Part shown: in pieces, positions 19,505 through 29,255 of the stretch
Numbering within the stretch: the first letter of the stretch is position 1
Layout: every line of letters starts with the position of its first letter
Virus record (IMG/VR): IMGVR_UViG_3300037140_000174
Span: 29,070-93,069 of that record
Source: a virus
Length of the DNA stretch: 64,000 nt
Reading direction: 5' to 3' (one strand)
Made by a program: the position numbers and the translations under genes
The notes under the pieces: model-generated
What the model was told of the DNA's origin: nothing
Seen by the model: only the letters and a program-made list of their open reading frames with translations
The model's database searches: none

Positions 19505-20618
19505 TTTTAGATGACACCGCAGCGCGGCGTTGCTTCAGCTTATCCCTGATGCTTTGCTTCGGTTTCTCCTCAGGCTCATCTTCATCCTCAGGGTCAGCTA
19601 CTGCCCTACGGCGCTTCGGCTTCTCCTCAGGCTCATCCTCAGCATCATCTTCAGGCTCAGGCTTTGCAGCCGCACGCCGTCGTGGCTTCTCTTCAGGCTC
19701 GTCATCATCAGGATCAGGCCGCCTACGCTTCGTCTTTTCCTCAGGCTCATCTTCATCTTCAGGATCCGGCTTCAGTGCGGCCCTACGGCGGGGCTTAGGT
19801 TCATCCTCGTCATCATCAGCCGCACGGTCACGCTTCCCACGTGCAGGTTTTTCGTCATCATCATCCTTGTCAACCCTGACATGCCCATCAAACACTTCAG
19901 AAATGTGGGCATAGTCGTGGTATTCAAGGCAATCCGGAACTGGATTCTCAGCTACAAATTCCAACCAATCATCCTGAAGCTTCTCGTCGTCATGAATAGG
20001 TGACTTGGCCTGAAGCTTCATTTTTGAGGCTGGGTACTTTGTGGTCATTCCGGTTCCTTCCTTATAGAACCGGATATCACATCCCTCTTCAGGGTCATCC
20101 ACAAAGATTGCTTCTTTCGTATCCTCGTCAAGCGATAGATTACAAAAATCCTTATCCAAGGTGAAAGGTGCGTCCCAAAGCTGAGGACCTTCATCTTCAT
20201 CAAGGCGGTCAATGACCCACATCAAAATGCGGTGCCTAGGCTGAAGCGCCTTAGCCGTCTTTTCATCTCCGTCAGCTTCAGCTTCCCTACGGGCCTCAGC
20301 AATTGGATCTTTGGCACTCTCAAGCTGCTTCAGGTCAGGGTACAATTGTTTCATCTTTGAAATGCTGAGATAGCTCTGGTTATCAACGCCAATGCCGTAA
20401 TTGACGTGGATATCAAAGCCGTAATGCTTCGCACCTTCCCAGGTGGGGGGCAGGATGCGGATCAAGTTCTTACCGTCACGCACCTTATACCGCTTGAATT
20501 TTGACTTGATGTAGCTGTCGAAGCTACCCCCGCGCATGTTGGCACGTTCACGTACATCTTCACGCGAACGCTCAGTATAACGGAACGACCTTTTAGCTTC
20601 CTTTGCCATCACCGGCAC
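19488..20618 (-). CDS. Single-stranded DNA-binding protein (gp32-like) with repetitive acidic/basic tail
   Basis: IRILPP, DP.EG.DI...K.G.G..TKY; EDEPEEKPKRRR repeats; acidic C-terminus; next to recA. Confidence 0.7.
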   Translation of the reverse strand: MPVMAKEAKRSFRYTERSREDVRERANMRGGSFDSYIKSKFKRYKVRDGKNLIRILPPTWEGAKHYGFDIHVNYGIGVDNQSYLSISKMKQLYPDLKQLESAKDPIAEARREAEADGDEKTAKALQPRHRILMWVIDRLDEDEGPQLWDAPFTLDKDFCNLSLDEDTKEAIFVDDPEEGCDIRFYKEGTGMTTKYPASKMKLQAKSPIHDDEKLQDDWLEFVAENPVPDCLEYHDYAHISEVFDGHVRVDKDDDDEKPARGKRDRAADDDEDEPKPRRRAALKPDPEDEDEPEEKTKRRRPDPDDDEPEEKPRRRAAAKPEPEDDAEDEPEEKPKRRRAVADPEDEDEPEEKPKQSIRDKLKQRRAAVSSKSEDDD

Positions 20619-20754
20619 CTTTCGATTTGTTTACGAGACGATCCACGAAGTTTTCCTTTTCACGATAAAAGGAAGCAAATATGGCATTAAACATGAGCCA
20701 CACAATGCCTGCCAGCAAGCAGGCAAATCCAAGCCATTCCGGAATACTCCTCAT
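20593..20754 (-). CDS. 53 aa single-TM peptide (not in ORF track)
   Basis: MRSIPEWLGFACLLAGIVWLMF...; ATG overlaps the upstream stop. Confidence 0.45.
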   Translation of the reverse strand: MRSIPEWLGFACLLAGIVWLMFNAIFASFYREKENFVDRLVNKSKGAGDGKGS

Positions 20755-21230
20755 CCCTTATTCTCTCTATTCAATGCTAGCCGCTTACGACGCTGTTGGT
20801 AAGTGAAAGTATCAGTCTCATTGGTTCCTTTCACTGAGCTTTCCTGAAAATACCCCGTTACGTGAAGCTGCACCAAATCCCTCAGCATATACGAACGTTG
20901 AGAAAATGCATCCTTCAAAGCTGAGAGCAATGCTGCTTCCTGAACTGCCTTAAGGTAAGCTTCCTGCGCCTTTTTGTGCTTTGTATTCGTCTGTATTTGA
21001 CCCTTTATAAGGGCTTCAGTGATCTTTTCATCCTTGAACTGATTGCGTACAACGCCATCAAGTTCTGCATCAACTACCCCAAGGGCCTCCTTGAGTGAAT
21101 CCCGCTGAGCAGCCGCTTGCACATAAGCTTCGGATACGCGCCACAGAAGCATTGGCTGTTGCATGAGTTCGTCATCAAGCGATGACTTATCAATCCTCAG
21201 AAGGCTCTTAAGTTCGTCTATGTCGGTCAT
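20751..21230 (-). CDS. UvsY-like recombination mediator
   Basis: L.ID...LD.EL..QP helical protein ending AF.QR..ML; context next to SSB and RecA. Confidence 0.55.
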   Translation of the reverse strand: MTDIDELKSLLRIDKSSLDDELMQQPMLLWRVSEAYVQAAAQRDSLKEALGVVDAELDGVVRNQFKDEKITEALIKGQIQTNTKHKKAQEAYLKAVQEAALLSALKDAFSQRSYMLRDLVQLHVTGYFQESSVKGTNETDTFTYQQRRKRLALNRENKG

Positions 21231-21245
21231 GTTTATTAATACGTC

Positions 21246-22196
21246 TTAGCGGTCCAAATCCAACGCCATGGCCACTGAATGAAGCAGCGGTGCGAAGCGA
21301 TCAGAAGCTGCGTAGGGTGTTAGAAACGGCTCAAGAACTGCAAGCAGGGGCTTCACTTTTTGTTCGCTGTTGGTATTCAGTAGAACCACCATCAGGTAAT
21401 TGACGATGTTTATCCTGATGCTTTCAGCATCCAACCTACCATCCAGGTCCTTGATAATTTTGATGGCTGCCCCCCATGAGCGTCCTTTGTTGCCTATCAA
21501 CATGCGACACAGGTCAATGACTTCCTTATTTTGACCACCACTTTTGATTACTTCCCGTGCCTCAGAAGCAGTTTCACAGAACGTGCAAGCTTCAAGGAAT
21601 ACTAGGGCCTGTCGTGGGCTCCCACCACAGCCCTCAGCTATGGCTTCCAGCACTTCATCAGATTGGTCAATTTTCTCTTGGTCAGCTACTTTGGTTAGTA
21701 GTTCGAGAATTTCCTCTTCAGGAACTGGCTTTAATGCGAACTCAACACATCTGGTTTTTATTGTCTTGGGAATTTTGCCCGGCTCAGTAGAGCACAGAAC
21801 CCAGTAAACGTGATTTGGTGGTTCTTCAATTGGCTTTAAGAGGATGGTCCAAGCCGCAGCACTAAGACGGTGGCACTCGTCAACGATAATAACTTTAACA
21901 GGTGAGGAACCAATTGCACGGAACCTAGTATGTTCCACAATTTTGCGCATGTCATCAGCGCCAGAATTGGCTGCTGCGTCTATCTCTTCAACATTTTGTT
22001 GAGTAGCTTCACCCCCACACCAGACGTTAGCCAAAACACGGGCCAGGGTGGTCTTTCCGGTCCCAGATGGGCCGGTGAATATGAAGGATTTGGCACGTTT
22101 ATCCTTCACTATGCGCTTGAGTGAAGCGACAACGTCGTCCTGCCCAATTACTTCTGTGAAGGTCTTGGGCCTATAAACCGTGTGAAGGGATGTCAT
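21246..22196 (-). CDS. dnaX: Clamp loader, DnaX (gamma/tau)-like AAA+
   Basis: YRP.TF.EVIGQ, GPSGTGKTT, EIDAA, DECH.LS, LLK.IEEPP, TRC. Confidence 0.9.
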   Translation of the reverse strand: MTSLHTVYRPKTFTEVIGQDDVVASLKRIVKDKRAKSFIFTGPSGTGKTTLARVLANVWCGGEATQQNVEEIDAAANSGADDMRKIVEHTRFRAIGSSPVKVIIVDECHRLSAAAWTILLKPIEEPPNHVYWVLCSTEPGKIPKTIKTRCVEFALKPVPEEEILELLTKVADQEKIDQSDEVLEAIAEGCGGSPRQALVFLEACTFCETASEAREVIKSGGQNKEVIDLCRMLIGNKGRSWGAAIKIIKDLDGRLDAESIRINIVNYLMVVLLNTNSEQKVKPLLAVLEPFLTPYAASDRFAPLLHSVAMALDLDR

Positions 22197-22202
22197 TAAA
22201 GC

Positions 22203-24809
22203 CTATACGTCCCGGTGTGACCAAAATTTCCCTAATGGCTCTAATTCAGCCCAGTTCTTGCCAAGAGAAATTTCGATAGATAATGGGACGTTAATCCATT
22301 TATAATCGAACTTTAGCATCTGTTTCATGATAATTTCTAATGCAGGCTCAAGAAGCTTTTCATCTTCAGGAATGAAAAAGCTTAAATCGTCATGCACGTT
22401 CAAAACTGGGTGCATGTACCAGTTTCCAGATTCTGACGCTATTATGGATAGCCTATTCATGGCGTCACACACCAATTCAGCCTCCGCACCTTGAATCGGC
22501 ATATTCACTGCTTGATTCCTGGTCAGTGGGTAGTTGTGCCGCCTTCCAGTGAGTGTCGTAACATATCCCTCATCATAGTAGCGTCTCATGGTCTCATCTT
22601 GCCAAGAGTGGACGCCGGCAAATATTTTCCAGAATTCATCCATTAGGTCGTCCACATCACCTTGATCTACGTCATACTCAGTGGCTGCCGTCAGATACCT
22701 TTTGACTGATGTGGAAGCAGCACCAAAGAAAGCGGGGAAAACTAACTTATTTTTTATTAGAGATCTAAAACCCTTCATTATTTTTGCGTCTTTAATGTTT
22801 TCTTTGCCCCCTATGAGCCCAGGGGCTTTGTGGGCTGCTTTTAGAGCCCATTCCATATGGATGTCGTAGTCCTCCCAAAGAGCTTTCACCAAGTATTTGT
22901 CGCGTGAGCACATAGCCCCGGTGCAAGCTTCTAGCTGCCCATAGTCCACAGCCACCATCAAGTGCCCTTTAGGTGGAACAATTGACTTCCGTACCCAAGA
23001 ATCATTTCTTTTTGGAAAGTTCTGAAGGTTTGGCGAACTACTACTCAGCCTGCCGGTCTCCGTAAATGTGGTGTTGAATGAAGTGTGGAGCTTACCGTCA
23101 GGATAAATAATATCTCCAACCCCAAGCTCAAGCCCATCAACGTAGGTGGATTTGAGTTTGGATTTGTTCCTAAGTTCGACAATCAGCTTAGCCAAAGGGT
23201 GGTCAATTTTATCCAACACATTTTTGTCAACGGAATAGCGAGTGTTATTTTCTTCAACAATTGTCACTTCCTTACGCTTAAGATAATCTCTGAAAAGCTT
23301 GATTGCATCTTCACCCAGTGGGTTGAATTCTTTATTATCCAGTACATACTTTTTGACCACCTTAAGATCATGGATCTTGGCCATGATCAGATTCACTTCA
23401 CCCTCAAGCTTTTTCTGTGAACTCTTTATCTCGTCTTGATTTACAATCACACCTAGGCTTTGCATGATTGCAACAGTGCATTGCCTAGGGAGTGCTTCTA
23501 TGTAGGCATCATAAACCTGAAGCTCTCGCATTATCTCATTTTGAGTAACCCAGAGCTGAAGCGTAATCTTAGTATCTACCCCATTGTAGATCAGTATTTC
23601 ACCTAGGTCAGATTTTGACATATCCTTCTTATCAAGCTTGAAGAAGCTTTTGTAGGAAGTGCCAAAATACTGCTTACATAGGAAATCTAGTTTTTGATAT
23701 GGAGAAGCGTGATCTTCTTCACTGTTGCCTTGTTTGCCTTTACGCTCATCAATGAAATGAGCCTGCATCATGGTGTCTTCCCAGACATCATGCCTGACTA
23801 CATCTTTAGCGTAGAGCCAGATGAACCACTCTAATTCAAAGGGAGCATTGTGAGCTATCTTTATAGTGTCATCACGAAGTATTCTCTGAAACTCAGCACC
23901 AATTTTCAGCTTCTGCTGATCTGTCCATTTTGACTTAGGGTGATCCCAAGCGAAGGCTACGTGGGTAGCCTGAAAACTAATTGCCATCGACATGATGGCG
24001 GCCCCTTTGCTGTACGGCCTCAGCCCTTTGGTCTCAATATCTACGGCTTTGACCTCCGCTTTCTTTGCCTGCTGAAGCAGACCCATCAGTAACGCGAAGT
24101 GCCCAGGTTCAGAACCGTCAAAGCACTGAATCCCAGCTCGCATCTGATCTTCAGTCGGGATGGCAGTAGCAGCACGAAGTTTTGGGGCCAATTCAAAAGC
24201 CCGCTTCAAATCCATTTTGAAGCAATGACCCAACCTTGATCGTAATGGCTTCTTTTTGTCATAAGCCATTTTAATCAAGTCAGTAGGATCATAGGTGGGC
24301 ATGAAATACCCCACCCACTCACCTATTTTGACTTTGAAGATGCGTCCACGCATCCCTACGAGGTCATTTGACCCCAAAACCTGGGATAAGGCACCGTGGC
24401 CTAGACCGATTATTAGCTTTGGATTTGCTGTTTCAATACTCTTTGTGACTAGTGGACGGCAACACTCAGTTTCCTGCCATGATGGCTTCTTAGTGTAGTC
24501 ACGCACTACGTTGTCAAAGGAGCAGAATTTAAGTGTCTCTTCAGGTATTTCTGCAATGTGCAGATTGCCAAACGGTTCCCCAGATTTATCGTCAGCTTCA
24601 GTAGGCCCGCTCCCTAGGAAGTAGACGAGTGTATTTTTAGCCAAAATAGGGGCCATTTTAGGCGTGGTTACGTCCGCCTTGTTAAGCGGGCAGGCGGCAC
24701 AGCCAATGCGTGACAGCGTCTGGGCGCTGGCCTTACCCCCCGACGTTGGACCCCTACCAGTGGCCTTTGCAATGGGTTTACGGGCCGGTTTGGTGAAGAA
24801 AAATGAAAT
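22203..24809 (-). CDS. polA: Family A DNA polymerase with N-terminal UDG-like domain and 3'-5' exonuclease; start extended to ATT
   Basis: DIET and AHN exonuclease motifs; TGRLSS..PNLQN, DYGQLE, N.PIQG, VHD. 51-codon upstream extension carries CAACPL after a GGAGG RBS. Confidence 0.9.
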   Translation of the reverse strand: MSFFFTKPARKPIAKATGRGPTSGGKASAQTLSRIGCAACPLNKADVTTPKMAPILAKNTLVYFLGSGPTEADDKSGEPFGNLHIAEIPEETLKFCSFDNVVRDYTKKPSWQETECCRPLVTKSIETANPKLIIGLGHGALSQVLGSNDLVGMRGRIFKVKIGEWVGYFMPTYDPTDLIKMAYDKKKPLRSRLGHCFKMDLKRAFELAPKLRAATAIPTEDQMRAGIQCFDGSEPGHFALLMGLLQQAKKAEVKAVDIETKGLRPYSKGAAIMSMAISFQATHVAFAWDHPKSKWTDQQKLKIGAEFQRILRDDTIKIAHNAPFELEWFIWLYAKDVVRHDVWEDTMMQAHFIDERKGKQGNSEEDHASPYQKLDFLCKQYFGTSYKSFFKLDKKDMSKSDLGEILIYNGVDTKITLQLWVTQNEIMRELQVYDAYIEALPRQCTVAIMQSLGVIVNQDEIKSSQKKLEGEVNLIMAKIHDLKVVKKYVLDNKEFNPLGEDAIKLFRDYLKRKEVTIVEENNTRYSVDKNVLDKIDHPLAKLIVELRNKSKLKSTYVDGLELGVGDIIYPDGKLHTSFNTTFTETGRLSSSSPNLQNFPKRNDSWVRKSIVPPKGHLMVAVDYGQLEACTGAMCSRDKYLVKALWEDYDIHMEWALKAAHKAPGLIGGKENIKDAKIMKGFRSLIKNKLVFPAFFGAASTSVKRYLTAATEYDVDQGDVDDLMDEFWKIFAGVHSWQDETMRRYYDEGYVTTLTGRRHNYPLTRNQAVNMPIQGAEAELVCDAMNRLSIIASESGNWYMHPVLNVHDDLSFFIPEDEKLLEPALEIIMKQMLKFDYKWINVPLSIEISLGKNWAELEPLGKFWSHRDV

Positions 24810-24812
24810 GTC

Positions 24813-25118
24813 TTAGCCTCCAATTCTGGCTTTGACTTTTTCTACATCATCCCCAGTTTTGAGTGGCTTGCCGTCAATCAGCATTTGAGATACTTTATTT
24901 ATCGCGTAGTAGACAGACGAGTGGTCACGCTTCCCAAACCTCATGCTGATATCCCGCAATGATCGGAAGGTTAGCTTACACATGCAGTACATGGCGATGT
25001 GCCGCCAATAAGTGACGCTGAGTGTCTGTACGTCTGGAGCCACCAACACATCTATCGGAATTTCAGCGATTTCCGATACTGCATTTAACACGTCATCAAT
25101 TGTGACGGTTTTGATCAT
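24813..25118 (-). CDS. Stand-alone DnaA C-terminal (domain IV) HTH protein
   Basis: RHIAMY...LT..SL.DI...FG.RDHSSV.YA..KV DnaA signature. Confidence 0.85.
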   Translation of the reverse strand: MIKTVTIDDVLNAVSEIAEIPIDVLVAPDVQTLSVTYWRHIAMYCMCKLTFRSLRDISMRFGKRDHSSVYYAINKVSQMLIDGKPLKTGDDVEKVKARIGG

Positions 25119-26140
25119 CCCATATTGCTTATCAGTTGAAAGAAGTTGCTCCCCGATGTGCATACACAACACTCCTCCGTAATTGCTATCTTTTCAGAAA
25201 TACTCAGTGAGCGTTGCAGGAGCTGAGCACTCACACCAGCTTCCACATCAGGGTGCTTGAAAGGTAACACGTCCCTGACAATGCCCATCGAGGCATCAGT
25301 GACTACTGTTACCTTTCCACCCTTCACAGTCAGGATGGTTTTTGCAGATTCAGGGTCAGCTACAATGCGTGCTCGTGAAAGCGCATTGTCTAATAGCTTC
25401 GGCACGTCTACCATTTGTGGAGTTGTACTTATCTTTTTCTTTATCTGACCGGCAAAATCAAGAGGACGATCATTTTGAATTATCCTACCATAAACGGTTA
25501 CCTCACCAATTGAGGCAATTGCCCAATCCTTGCTCAGTGAAAGTGTGGCATCCTCAACTTCTGGGATTTTAAGCACAGTTTCACAAAAAGAAGTTGGAAT
25601 CATGTAATCAGGGAGTTTTGGGTTTCCCTTTATTGTAGTGATATATCGCGTCAATGTATCCCCATCACAGGAATACATAGTTATGGCTTTATCTTTCTGA
25701 GTAATTGAAACCCCTTTCAGGGCAGGCATAGCCTCACTCTTAGCCACAGTCATTAAGCAACGATCAAGGCCATTTAGGAAGTCACTGTCAATTTTGACCG
25801 TAATATCCGGTGCTTCTTCAGGCTCAGTAAATAGAAATTCATCGTCAGGATGAAACGGAAGCTTGAAAGTACTCTTACCAGCCTTGATGACTAGATCATG
25901 CCCTTCAAAATCAATCTCAACTTCCTCAGAATAGCTATTCTTGAGTAGCCCAAGCAGTGTCTTGCCATCAACCCCGAATGATTGCTCAGTTTCACACTTG
26001 GTTACAATCCCAAGCACGTCATTGTAGGCTGCTACTTCACTGCCATTGAATGTGAAGCATTTGAAGATTGGGACTAGGTCACCATCAGCTAATGCACGGC
26101 CAACTAGCTCCAAAGTATCAACCAGTTCTTTTCTATTCAT
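25115..26140 (-). CDS. dnaN: Sliding clamp, Pol III beta-like
   Basis: 341 aa, MNRKEL..L start, three-domain pattern (L.GV ... DG..L); near DnaX. Confidence 0.75.
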   Translation of the reverse strand: MNRKELVDTLELVGRALADGDLVPIFKCFTFNGSEVAAYNDVLGIVTKCETEQSFGVDGKTLLGLLKNSYSEEVEIDFEGHDLVIKAGKSTFKLPFHPDDEFLFTEPEEAPDITVKIDSDFLNGLDRCLMTVAKSEAMPALKGVSITQKDKAITMYSCDGDTLTRYITTIKGNPKLPDYMIPTSFCETVLKIPEVEDATLSLSKDWAIASIGEVTVYGRIIQNDRPLDFAGQIKKKISTTPQMVDVPKLLDNALSRARIVADPESAKTILTVKGGKVTVVTDASMGIVRDVLPFKHPDVEAGVSAQLLQRSLSISEKIAITEECCVCTSGSNFFQLISNMG

Positions 26141-26781
26141 ACTAACCCCTTTGATCTTAAGCGAAGGCTGATAGCTCGAATTGCTTTTTTCGATGTTTCA
26201 AACAAACCGAGATAAAATCTTTCTCCCTTTATTGAAACATCTGCTCTAAATTTATTGTGGTGAGCACGCACATTTACACTCTTAGTTCTTCTCCTATTAT
26301 TGTTTTGAGTATCCCAATCTGCCCAGCAACAATTCCATTTAGCGTAAGGCCCGTCATTATCAATTCTCTCAATAGTTAATCCCTCAGGGGCTTCTCCCAT
26401 ATCAGATAAGAAGTTTTCAAAAACAAGCCATCTAGTACACACCACAATCCCTCTGCCACCATATCGATTATAGGACTTAGCTTTTTTATTTGTGCAGCGT
26501 TGCACCATTGCGTTCCAGACTTGGTTTGTTTTAGATTTTGAAAAATGAGTGGTGTGCCCATGTTTGAAATTTCGTTCACGCCGGTAACACCCACAGCTCC
26601 TTGTGCTCCCGTACCTCAGTTCACCTGACCTAACCAAACAAACGGTTCCACAATCACACTTACACTTCCACCTAAATTGTCCCTTCTTGTTCCCCTTAGC
26701 CCCAATTTCTACTGTATCCCTTGATAATACAATCAACTTTCCAAAACGCTCACCAGTCAAATCTATCAGTTTCTTATTCAT
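26137..26781 (-). CDS. HNH-like homing endonuclease with AP2-like tail
   Basis: DLTG.RFG.L, W.C.CDCG, SCGC, YGGRGI.VC.RW, TIERIDND..Y...NC.W. Confidence 0.85.
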   Translation of the reverse strand: MNKKLIDLTGERFGKLIVLSRDTVEIGAKGNKKGQFRWKCKCDCGTVCLVRSGELRYGSTRSCGCYRRERNFKHGHTTHFSKSKTNQVWNAMVQRCTNKKAKSYNRYGGRGIVVCTRWLVFENFLSDMGEAPEGLTIERIDNDGPYAKWNCCWADWDTQNNNRRRTKSVNVRAHHNKFRADVSIKGERFYLGLFETSKKAIRAISLRLRSKGLV

Positions 26782-27670
26782 TTAATGGTTGCCTGAAAAC
26801 CAATAGGAATTCGTGGGAAGGTACGAGTTTGGTTCCTTTCCAGGCGTTACTAGCACGAGTCGCCGCAGACGCAAAATTCTTACTCAACACCACTTGTTGC
26901 CAGTAAATGAAACCAGCTTCTCGAAAGTTATCTATGGTATGGCCAGGAAAATCAATTAACTCACCTGTTTTTTTATTGCGGAATGGCCCTACGACAATAC
27001 ATACGAAAGCACCCGGCTTCATTAACTTAGCATGAGCTAGAGCACTCAGGAACATGGCCCCATTGAATTCGTCATAGGACGACATGTTGCTTAAGTCATC
27101 AGATTGATCACTGTACTTCTCAAGATCATGGTAGGGCGGGCATGTTAGGGCGAAATCAAACTTGGGTAGTTCAGGATCCAGGAAACGCCCATCACCAAGA
27201 ATATAACTAGCACCAGTGAGGCCAAGAGAATTGAGAACTGCCACGTTTTCATCTATTTGCTCTTGCCTGATGTCAAAGCCGGTGTATTTGTATCCCATGA
27301 TACTAGATACGAGTCCTCTTGGGGGACCCCCCGCAAATGCATCCAAGACGGTGGACCCAGTCGGACCCCCATAACGCAGTAGTATCCATTCGACCAATGG
27401 AGCAGGAAAGACTGATACTGTGCCAGTGTAGACGGAGTCATGATCCTTCCTCATAGTTTCAGCGCGGGAACCGTCATGCCCGGTTTCCCCGGTCAGCCTG
27501 CGCCAATCACGCACGCTGCGGCGGATCAATTCATCAACCCGCCAAACAGTTGTAGTAGTCTGGAACCACAGCTTTCCAGGCCCAGGTCGGACATAACCCT
27601 GCTGAGCACTTAAAAGAAGGGGGCGCTCTGTGTATAAAGTGCGCCCCCCTGAAGTTCGTTTAATTAGCAT
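26774..27670 (-). CDS. DNA amino-methyltransferase (m6A/m4C)
   Basis: Motif I DAFAGG, motif IV TCPPY, S.F...L.E, HE..LVF. Confidence 0.75.
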   Translation of the reverse strand: MLIKRTSGGRTLYTERPLLLSAQQGYVRPGPGKLWFQTTTTVWRVDELIRRSVRDWRRLTGETGHDGSRAETMRKDHDSVYTGTVSVFPAPLVEWILLRYGGPTGSTVLDAFAGGPPRGLVSSIMGYKYTGFDIRQEQIDENVAVLNSLGLTGASYILGDGRFLDPELPKFDFALTCPPYHDLEKYSDQSDDLSNMSSYDEFNGAMFLSALAHAKLMKPGAFVCIVVGPFRNKKTGELIDFPGHTIDNFREAGFIYWQQVVLSKNFASAATRASNAWKGTKLVPSHEFLLVFRQPLNE

Positions 27671-27890
27671 TTTCTCTTGTTTCGCCAGCCATCATCATGC
27701 TTGAAATCTTCTCCAGCATTCCCTGAAGATTCTTCAGGACCTGAAAAGGTAGATGAATTGCTGAGTGGTACGTGGCAGTTTCGTCATTCCCATCAAGAGA
27801 AGTTCCAAATGAAATTGTCACTGAGTTATCCCGATATGACGTGACAGACATATGGTTGACAAAGATGGCAGGCACTTCGTTCTGCTTCAT
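27660..27890 (-). CDS. Small hypothetical protein (DUF3467-like)
   Basis: P.IFVN...V.....V.ISFG pattern. Confidence 0.5.
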   Translation of the reverse strand: MKQNEVPAIFVNHMSVTSYRDNSVTISFGTSLDGNDETATYHSAIHLPFQVLKNLQGMLEKISSMMMAGETRENAN

Positions 27891-27891
27891 T

Positions 27892-28653
27892 TCACTTCCC
27901 TTTCCTGGAAGGCTTCACAACATCGTCCTTATGAGTGAGCCTGAAAACGCCACCAGGAAGCTTTTCAAGCTTGTGGCCCTCACTGGTGAGCTTCGTCAGA
28001 ACATTGTAGAACTTACCTCCAGTAGCCTCCTTGATGTCCTTTGATGTCGCCCCCTTTTCATAGAGTTCTACCGCCTTAGCGGTTTTTGTCCCAATGATAA
28101 TGCCGAATTTATCCTTCGCTCCGGTGATATTAGCGTAACTGGAGGGCTCACGCTTTTTCTTTGGCTGTTTTGCAGCAGGTTTGGCCACCTTGCCACCTCC
28201 CGCAGGCTTCTTGCTCTTTGCTTTTTTGGCGGCTTGAGCTTCAGCTTCTTCATTTTCGGATTCGGCTTCAGCTTCCTCAGAAGCTGAGAGCTCTTCATCA
28301 GACTCAGCGGCTTCCTCAGGTTCATCAGCCGGCTCATCATCAGCTTCTTCAGTGTCATCAGCTTCTTCAACTTCAGCCTCATCTTCAGGCTCATCCTCAG
28401 CCTCTTCAGCGACCTCAGCCTCAAGATCAGGGAACTCCTCAATCTCATTCTTTTTGTTTCTGGCTTCAGTAGCTGCATTAAACCAATCAGCAGCTTCCTG
28501 GGATATGGTATCAAACAGGTCATCGTCCTTGCTGCACGCAATGTCAAAACCACGGATCAATGCCACCAAGTAATCCTGGCGACTGTCAAAATCTTCCTCC
28601 TTTTTACGCATCTTCCATGCTTTACGCAGTTCTTGCTCAATTTCAGACATCAC
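27892..28653 (-). CDS. Acidic/basic protein with C-terminal winged helix
   Basis: Glu-rich linker; DKFG...GTK...A...Y.KGAT..DIKEA.G. Confidence 0.65.
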   Translation of the reverse strand: MMSEIEQELRKAWKMRKKEEDFDSRQDYLVALIRGFDIACSKDDDLFDTISQEAADWFNAATEARNKKNEIEEFPDLEAEVAEEAEDEPEDEAEVEEADDTEEADDEPADEPEEAAESDEELSASEEAEAESENEEAEAQAAKKAKSKKPAGGGKVAKPAAKQPKKKREPSSYANITGAKDKFGIIIGTKTAKAVELYEKGATSKDIKEATGGKFYNVLTKLTSEGHKLEKLPGGVFRLTHKDDVVKPSRKGK

Positions 28654-29225
28654 GCTTGCTCCTGAAGAAGGGACTTGAGCGTCCCAGTGAAGTCATAGTT
28701 ACGGAGTTCATTTAGGCGGGCTGTGTCAAAGCCAAGGATACGCCTTAACCGCATATTGAGGTTTTGGCGCTTTCTTTTGACTTTGGGCTTACCCCTTAGA
28801 GCTTCTGGGTTATTCTCAATAATGTCAAGAGCCATTTGTAGCTCTTCCGGAGCCTCAGCCAACAAGGCTGAGACGTAACCATTGTTCGTCACTTCCCCTA
28901 TACGTCCGGTAGCCAGTTCTGGTGCATCCACCGATGTTTCTTCGTGGACTACACGCTTACGTTTAACGTAGCGTGCGTTATCGTGCATATTGTTGGTCAT
29001 GGCCATTTTGAAGAGGCCCATGAAAATCTGGGGTTCTGTAATTGAGGGGTAGGATTCAACTATCTTCAGGTAAATCAAATAGGCGTCTTGGAGCAGGTCT
29101 TCGAAGTCATTTATCGGATCACAGCGCCATTTATTTCTGCTTATGAAATTACAGGACCATGCTCGTATTGGGCCTTCCCACTTTGGCGTCCAGTTAAGCT
29201 TCGAGCGTAAACGCTTCTGCTGCAT
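28650..29225 (-). CDS. Sigma70 region-2-like phage transcription factor
   Basis: DFEDLLQDAYL.YLK; GGAGG RBS before ATG 29225. Confidence 0.6.
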   Translation of the reverse strand: MQQKRLRSKLNWTPKWEGPIRAWSCNFISRNKWRCDPINDFEDLLQDAYLIYLKIVESYPSITEPQIFMGLFKMAMTNNMHDNARYVKRKRVVHEETSVDAPELATGRIGEVTNNGYVSALLAEAPEELQMALDIIENNPEALRGKPKVKRKRQNLNMRLRRILGFDTARLNELRNYDFTGTLKSLLQEQA

Positions 29226-29255
29226 CGGCCAAGCCTCCAATTAGTGAAGGTGCCG

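Noticed and set aside
19530-20003. + strand ORFs opposite the SSB tail (similarly 28161..28573 and 41394..41897)
   Set aside because: Antisense shadows of low-complexity coding sequence.
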